DNA from: Dethiobacteria bacterium
Lineage (GTDB): Bacteria > Bacillota > Dethiobacteria > DTU022 > UBA8154
Length of the DNA stretch: 64,000 nt
Assembly (NCBI GenBank): GCA_050948825.1
Contig: JBMNEO010000007.1
Location: forward strand, 40,019-104,018
Direction: 5' to 3'
Position 1 is the stretch's first letter; each line of letters starts with the position of its first letter. The position numbers were made by a program, and so were the translations under genes. Shown here piece by piece: positions 59,093 through 64,000 of the stretch. Below the pieces are notes generated by a model, which searched no databases, was not told the DNA's origin, and saw nothing but the letters and a program-made list of their open reading frames with translations.

Positions 59093-60853
59093 TTGAAAAA
59101 ACTAATGACAGGAAATGAGGCTCTGGCCTATGGTGCTTATCTCGGCGGGGTACGGGTAGGGGCTGCTTATCCTGGGACACCCAGCACGGAGATAATGGAA
59201 AACTTCGCCAGGTACCCGGGGGTTTTAGCCGAATGGGCCCCTAACGAGAAAGTCGCTATGGACGTGGGTATCGGCGCCGCATATGCAGGCAGCAGGGCCA
59301 TGGTTGCAATGAAACATGTGGGACTTAACGTTGCTGCCGATTCGCTTTTTTATGGTGTCTATACCGGGTTAAAAGGAGGGCTTGTCATAGCCTGTGCAGA
59401 TGACCCGGGCATGCACAGTTCCCAAAACGAACAGGACAATCGGAATTATGCTAAATTTGCTAAACTTCCAATGCTTGAGCCGTCCGACAGCGAGGAATGT
59501 AAGCAGTTTATGGGCATAGCGCTGGAAATGAGCGAGGCCTTTGATACACCGGTTATGGTACGGACCGTTACGCGGATCTCCCATTCTTCTTCACCGGTAG
59601 AGATCTCGGAAAACGGCCCTCCGCCGCCTCCGGAGGACCTTCCGTATTATGAACGTGCTCCTTTAAAATGTGTGATGGTGCCTGCCAATGCCCGTCACCG
59701 TCATCCGGTGATAGAGGAGAAGATTATTAAACTTGCCGACTATGCTGAAACAATTGCCATTAACCGTATTGAACCGGGAGATGATTCCCTGGGGATTGTC
59801 GCAGCCGGCTCAGTTTACCAGTATGCGCGTGAGGTTTTTCCGAACGCTACCTTTCTCAAGCTGGGCATGGTTTATCCCCTGCCGCAAAAACTCATTAAAG
59901 AATTTGCTTCCAGGGTAAAAACCGTGGTAGTAATTGAGGAACTGGATCCTTTTTTTGAAGAGCATCTCCGTTTAATGGGGATAGAAGTAAAAGGAAAGGA
60001 TATTTTCCCCATGATCGGTGAATTTAGCCCTTTCTTGATCCATCAGTGTGCCCTTGACGCTGGGCTGATTGATGCGCCGGCGGTTGAAGCGGAGGCAGCG
60101 GCAACTGCCCCTGCTGTTGAGCTTCCTGTACGGCCGCCAATGCTCTGCCCGGGTTGCGGCCATCGCGGTATGTTCCATGTTCTCAGGGAGTCCGGCGTTT
60201 TAGTACTCGGTGATATCGGATGTTATACCCTTGGCTTTGCGCCCCCTCTTAGCGCAATGCATACGTGTGGATGTATGGGGGCAAGTATCGGAGTGGCTCA
60301 TGGGGTGGCAAAAGCAGGGGTAAAGGACCGTATTGTAGCCGTAATCGGTGATTCTACTTTTTTCCATTCGGGTATTCACCCCCTGATAAATGTGCTCTAC
60401 AATGAGAGCAATGTTACAACTATTATTGCAGATAATAGTGTAACGGCCATGACAGGACACCAGCAACATCCGGGAACAGGTATTACTTTGCAGAAAAAAA
60501 CAACCAATGCGGTAGATCTGGAAAAACTGGTGCGCAGCATAGGTTATAATCTGGTAGATGTGGTTGATCCGTATGACCTGGAGAAATTCGAAGAGGTGCT
60601 GGAAGATCACCTTAATAACGGAAAGCCTTCGGTAATTATCTCCAAGCGGCCTTGCGTCCTTTACACTAAGGAAAAACGTACCCCTCCCCGGGTAAATGCT
60701 GATGAGTGCACCAACTGTGGGACCTGCCTGGATCTGGGGTGTTCGCCTCTCATGCAGGAAGAGAATAATGTAAGTATAGATCCATTGCTTTGCAACGGCT
60801 GTGGACTTTGCGTTCAGGTTTGTCCTGTAGAGGCTATCGTTCAGGAAGTATAA
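59093..60853 (+). CDS. iorA: Indolepyruvate:ferredoxin oxidoreductase alpha subunit (TPP + 2x[4Fe-4S])
   Basis: The TPP domain has GDIGCYTLG and GDSTFFHSG. The C-terminal ferredoxin motifs are CTNCGTC and CNGCGLCVQVCP. Confidence 0.85.
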   Translation: MKKLMTGNEALAYGAYLGGVRVGAAYPGTPSTEIMENFARYPGVLAEWAPNEKVAMDVGIGAAYAGSRAMVAMKHVGLNVAADSLFYGVYTGLKGGLVIACADDPGMHSSQNEQDNRNYAKFAKLPMLEPSDSEECKQFMGIALEMSEAFDTPVMVRTVTRISHSSSPVEISENGPPPPPEDLPYYERAPLKCVMVPANARHRHPVIEEKIIKLADYAETIAINRIEPGDDSLGIVAAGSVYQYAREVFPNATFLKLGMVYPLPQKLIKEFASRVKTVVVIEELDPFFEEHLRLMGIEVKGKDIFPMIGEFSPFLIHQCALDAGLIDAPAVEAEAAATAPAVELPVRPPMLCPGCGHRGMFHVLRESGVLVLGDIGCYTLGFAPPLSAMHTCGCMGASIGVAHGVAKAGVKDRIVAVIGDSTFFHSGIHPLINVLYNESNVTTIIADNSVTAMTGHQQHPGTGITLQKKTTNAVDLEKLVRSIGYNLVDVVDPYDLEKFEEVLEDHLNNGKPSVIISKRPCVLYTKEKRTPPRVNADECTNCGTCLDLGCSPLMQEENNVSIDPLLCNGCGLCVQVCPVEAIVQEV

Positions 60854-60891
60854 TAACAACAAGATGATCTGATAAGAGAGGAGGCTGGCAG

Positions 60892-61479
60892 TTGGAAAAA
60901 ATTGATTTCTTGATGGCCGGTGTTGGCGGACAGGGCACTATTCTGGCCAGCAACATTCTGGCGGAAGTGGGCCTGGAGTTAGGTTATGATGTTAAGAAGG
61001 CAGAAGTTCATGGGATGGCCCAGCGTGGCGGTACAGTGGAAAGCCATGTACGTTGGGGGGATAAGGTCTATGCACCTGTGGCTATTCAGGGAGATGTGGA
61101 TTACCTGCTTGGCTTTGAAATGCTCGAAGCGGGAAGATGGCCTGCTTTTATTAAAAAAGATGCTGCTGTGATCGTAAATCGTTATCGCATCCCGCCTCCG
61201 TCTGTAAACCTGGGGAAAGCCAGTTACCCCCGGGAAGAAAATCTGGATTCCCTGCTAAAGAGTGCAGCTTCCAGGGTGTATTGGGTTAACGCTACGGAGA
61301 AAGCCAAAGAACTCGGCAATCCGGCAGTTGTTGGCGTAGTTCTGCTTGGTGCCCTTTCCAGCCTGGTCGGCGGTGAAGAGAGCGCCTGGCTTAACGTTAT
61401 TAAACGTATGGTACCAGAGAGGTTTGTGGATTTAAACTTAAAAGCCTTTGAGGCAGGAAGACAAATGCAAACGGCTTGA
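60892..61479 (+). CDS. iorB: Indolepyruvate:ferredoxin oxidoreductase beta subunit
   Basis: FLMAGVGGQGTILAS is the POR-gamma-like motif. 195 aa. Confidence 0.85.
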   Translation: MEKIDFLMAGVGGQGTILASNILAEVGLELGYDVKKAEVHGMAQRGGTVESHVRWGDKVYAPVAIQGDVDYLLGFEMLEAGRWPAFIKKDAAVIVNRYRIPPPSVNLGKASYPREENLDSLLKSAASRVYWVNATEKAKELGNPAVVGVVLLGALSSLVGGEESAWLNVIKRMVPERFVDLNLKAFEAGRQMQTA

Positions 61480-61659
61480 TTAATTATAAGCTGCGTATCT
61501 TCCAGATAGCGGGCTGACAGCTTGCAGTTGGTGCTCAGGGAAAGTGCGGCGGAACATATGCACCCGCCTGAGCTCCCCTGCAGCGCTGTCGCCATCCTGC
61601 TCTGAGAAATATGAAAGTTGAGAATTAAATAAATTAGCAATATAGGAGGCGATTATCAG

Positions 61660-63240
61660 ATGAATTTTGCCTATTACGGTATCATAAATGCGAAGAAGTA
61701 CCCGCAGCAGGAATTTCTTATTGAGCTCACACCATCAAAAAAATTGAGGCGTTCTTTAACCTGGAAAGAATTTAACGAACAAACCAATAGAGTTGCCAAT
61801 TACTTGAAAAACGAACTCGGTGTGAAAAAGGGTGATTATATCCTTCATTTGCAAATGAACAGCATGGAATGGATTGTAACTTATCATGCTATTTTAAGGG
61901 TAGGCGCTGTTGCCGTACCTTTGAATTTCCGGTTTGCCCCCATGGATATCAAATATGCAGCGGATGCCTGCAATCCAAAGGTTTTCATTTTTGGAGAAGG
62001 CTTTCTGCCCAAGGTTCAGCCCATAGAAGGTGAACTAAACAGCGTCAGTTCTTATATTTGTCTTGGTGAGAATATCCCGGATAATATGGTTTCATATAAC
62101 GAGATAATGGAGAGCTCTTCTCCCGAGGATATTATCGTTGATACCGATGGGGAGGACCCGGCAGAGTTGATGTTTACCTCCGGGACAACCGGACCCCCTA
62201 AACCTGTTTGCCAGGCACACGATACTCTTTACCAAATAGGTATTGGCGATGCGCTAACCTATGGTGAAGGACACGAGACGGTTTATCTGGCGCCCCACCC
62301 CTTTTATCATAGCGGGAGCTTTTTTCTGTCATTTCCCTCCTACCTGGCCGGTGGTAAGATTGTTATTCTCTTAGAGTTAAATGACCCGCGCTATTTATTG
62401 GATACCATTTATCAGGAGAAAGTTACCCATGGTTGGGTTACGGTGCCCACCATGTCCGACACGGTAAATGCCGTTAAAAAAGGTGCGATTGATATGGGTG
62501 AATACGACTTTTCCCATGTAACCGGGGGTATCGTAATCGGAGCGCAACCTGTACCTTCTTCACTATATAAAGATATGAAAGAGCTTATTCCCTTTAAAAC
62601 AGGCAATATTTATGGTATCACTGAAGGCGGTGGCGGAGGCACAATAAACTTGTATGACGAAGATGTATTAGATAGACCCGGCTCAATTGGCAAAGGTACT
62701 TTTAATGTGCAAACAAGAGTAGTTGATGAAAATGGAAAGGATGTTCCTGTAGGTGAAGTAGGTGAGCTGCTCCTGAAAGGGCCTAGAAACATGAAAGAAT
62801 ACTTTAAAAACCCTGAAATGACAGGTAAAACGCTTGTTGATGGCTGGCTCTACACCGGTGACCTTGTTAAAATGGATGAGGATGGCTATATTTATATTGC
62901 AGACAGAAAGAAAGATCTCATTATCAGAGGGGGAGAAAACATCTTCCCGGTTGAGATTGAGGATGTATTGCGCAGAAATTCAAAAATTGCTGATGTAGCC
63001 GTAATAGGTTATCCTCATGAAAGACTGGTGGAGATAGCCATGGCGATAATCCAGCTATACCCCGGAGAAACGATGACTGAAAAAGAAGTCGTTGATTTTT
63101 GTTCGCAGCAGGGGTTGGCCAAGTATAAATGGCCGGAGAAAATTGTCTTTGATAGTGTCTTACGCAACGTAACAGGAAAAATTAACAAACCTTTAATGCG
63201 AGAAAAATATATTGGCCCTTCACAGTCAAATGCTGGTTAA
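61660..63240 (+). CDS. AMP-dependent acyl-CoA ligase
   Basis: AMP-binding motifs TSGTTGPPK, YGITE and GDLVKMDEDGYIYIADRKKD. Confidence 0.85.
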   Translation: MNFAYYGIINAKKYPQQEFLIELTPSKKLRRSLTWKEFNEQTNRVANYLKNELGVKKGDYILHLQMNSMEWIVTYHAILRVGAVAVPLNFRFAPMDIKYAADACNPKVFIFGEGFLPKVQPIEGELNSVSSYICLGENIPDNMVSYNEIMESSSPEDIIVDTDGEDPAELMFTSGTTGPPKPVCQAHDTLYQIGIGDALTYGEGHETVYLAPHPFYHSGSFFLSFPSYLAGGKIVILLELNDPRYLLDTIYQEKVTHGWVTVPTMSDTVNAVKKGAIDMGEYDFSHVTGGIVIGAQPVPSSLYKDMKELIPFKTGNIYGITEGGGGGTINLYDEDVLDRPGSIGKGTFNVQTRVVDENGKDVPVGEVGELLLKGPRNMKEYFKNPEMTGKTLVDGWLYTGDLVKMDEDGYIYIADRKKDLIIRGGENIFPVEIEDVLRRNSKIADVAVIGYPHERLVEIAMAIIQLYPGETMTEKEVVDFCSQQGLAKYKWPEKIVFDSVLRNVTGKINKPLMREKYIGPSQSNAG

Positions 63241-63301
63241 TTGCAAAACCGGTTAAATTGTTTTATTGACAAATAGCGGATGATGCATCAGCGTACAATA
63301 T

Positions 63302-63336
63302 GACTCTACCGGATTTTTCTACCCGGTAGAGTCATA
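63302..63336. terminator. Bidirectional terminator between convergent ligase genes
   Basis: TGACTCTACCGG-ATTTTTCTAC-CCGGTAGAGTCA forms a 12-bp perfect stem, with a T-run on the + side. Confidence 0.7.
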
Positions 63337-63363
63337 CAATTTTTATTATTATAAGAATAAAAA

Positions 63364-64000
63364 TTATTTATTTTCGCTCCACTTGCCAAACTGTTCCCGC
63401 AATACCCGGTGCAGTATTTTGCCTGTACCCGTTCGCGGCATTTCTTCATCAGAGATAAAATGGATATCCTTGGGACGTTTAAAACCTGCCATCTTTCCTT
63501 TAGTAAAATCCATTATTTCTTTTTTTATTTCATCTCCAGGCTGGTAATTTTGATGTAAAATAATAACCGCGGTAACTGATTCGCCCCATTTTTCGTCAGG
63601 GACTCCGATTACCGCTACATCTTTCACTGCCGGATGTGCTCCAATAACGTTTTCTACTTCAGAAGGATAAACATTCTCGCCTCCAGTAATAATCATGTTC
63701 TTTTTTCTGTCTACCAGATAATAATAGCCATGTTCATCTTTCCTGGCCATATCGCCTGCAGTGCACCATTCTCCAAGGAATACCTCTTCGGTTTTTTCGG
63801 GGTCGTCCCAGTATCTTTGGAATGTTCCCGGGGATCTGGAATATAGTTCTCCTACCTCTCCCTGCGGCACCTCATTCCCATCCTCATCAAGGAGTTTAAT
63901 CCGGTCAATACCAAAAATTTCTTTCCCTATAGAGCCAAGATGGGTTAACTGGTCTTCCGGACGCAAAAGCGTTACGAGGGCCGCTTCTGTAGATCCATAG
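63364..64000 (-). CDS. AMP-dependent acyl-CoA ligase, C-terminal part (extends beyond window)
   Basis: ITGGENVYPSEVE and GKILHRVLRE motifs. No start codon within the window. Confidence 0.8.
   Translation of the reverse strand, partial: YGSTEAALVTLLRPEDQLTHLGSIGKEIFGIDRIKLLDEDGNEVPQGEVGELYSRSPGTFQRYWDDPEKTEEVFLGEWCTAGDMARKDEHGYYYLVDRKKNMIITGGENVYPSEVENVIGAHPAVKDVAVIGVPDEKWGESVTAVIILHQNYQPGDEIKKEIMDFTKGKMAGFKRPKDIHFISDEEMPRTGTGKILHRVLREQFGKWSENK

Noticed and set aside
61224-61640. 138-aa ORF on the minus strand antisense to iorB/intergenic
   Set aside because: It lies antisense to a well-conserved gene, is Ser/Ala-rich and low-complexity, and has no RBS.
1-64000. CRISPR arrays, tRNA/rRNA genes, IS elements/transposases, integrases other than xerC
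   Set aside because: Scanned for regularly spaced direct repeats, tRNA-like cloverleaf acceptor/T-arm patterns, and transposase or terminal inverted repeat signatures. None were found, and xerC is in its conserved housekeeping position.

Overview
This is a 64-kb chromosomal segment from an endospore-forming Firmicute (Clostridia-like), with genes almost all on the + strand. The lineage call rests on gene content: spoVT, CotF-like coat proteins, and the conserved topA-trmFO-xerC-hslVU-codY block followed by rpsB-tsf.

Three parts stand out.

(1) 0.6-11.7 kb looks like a decaying arsenic/metal-resistance island. It holds:
- a truncated P1B-ATPase remnant abutting a textbook sigma70 promoter and palindromic operators of an ArsR (CVC type);
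- a thioredoxin-like protein, a COG0701 permease and an ACR3 arsenite pump;
- a second, truncated arsR pseudogene;
- a MoaD-fold ORF, a divergent CDF transporter and a DUF2892 remnant;
- a second operon: cysteine desulfurase, NifU-like, PadR, an ArsP-type permease (TPFCSCS motif), two small vicinal-cysteine (CC) proteins and ArsM;
- a ~100-bp PadR promoter/operator module present in two copies.

(2) 11.8-29.4 kb carries:
- a benzoate-CoA-ligase-family gene;
- a DUF3343, cysteine desulfurase and TusA/DsrE (YedF-type) sulfur/selenium trafficking module;
- a disrupted LysM protein, a YbaK deacylase, spoVT, a two-component pair and a sodium:solute symporter with its small subunit;
- a homopolymer-interrupted RlpA-like wall protein and an NDP-forming acyl-CoA synthetase pair;
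- a B12-radical-SAM enzyme and CotF-like coat genes.

(3) 29.6-51.1 kb is housekeeping:
- cimA/leuA and three tandem M42 aminopeptidases;
- a pan operon (DUF2520, panBCD) preceded by an attenuator-like leader;
- kamA, dprA, topA, trmFO, xerC, hslVU, codY, rpsB and tsf.

A strong terminator follows tsf, and the usual pyrH-frr continuation is replaced by a catabolic cluster of about 12.8 kb. It encodes a gamma-CA/PaaY-like protein, an SDR, a thiolase plus DUF35, an amidohydrolase-2, a 2-hydroxyacid dehydrogenase, 2-hydroxyacyl-CoA dehydratase HgdB/HgdA-like subunits, IorAB and two convergent acyl-CoA ligases. By inference this is an anaerobic aromatic or 2-oxo-acid degradation module.

Several conserved genes (trmFO, the ACS beta subunit, the HgdA-like subunit, the RlpA-like gene, DUF2892) are broken by single-nucleotide indels in short homopolymers. 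This pattern suggests sequencing or assembly error rather than true pseudogenisation, and every frameshift call below carries that caveat.

No rRNA, tRNA or CRISPR array was recognised.
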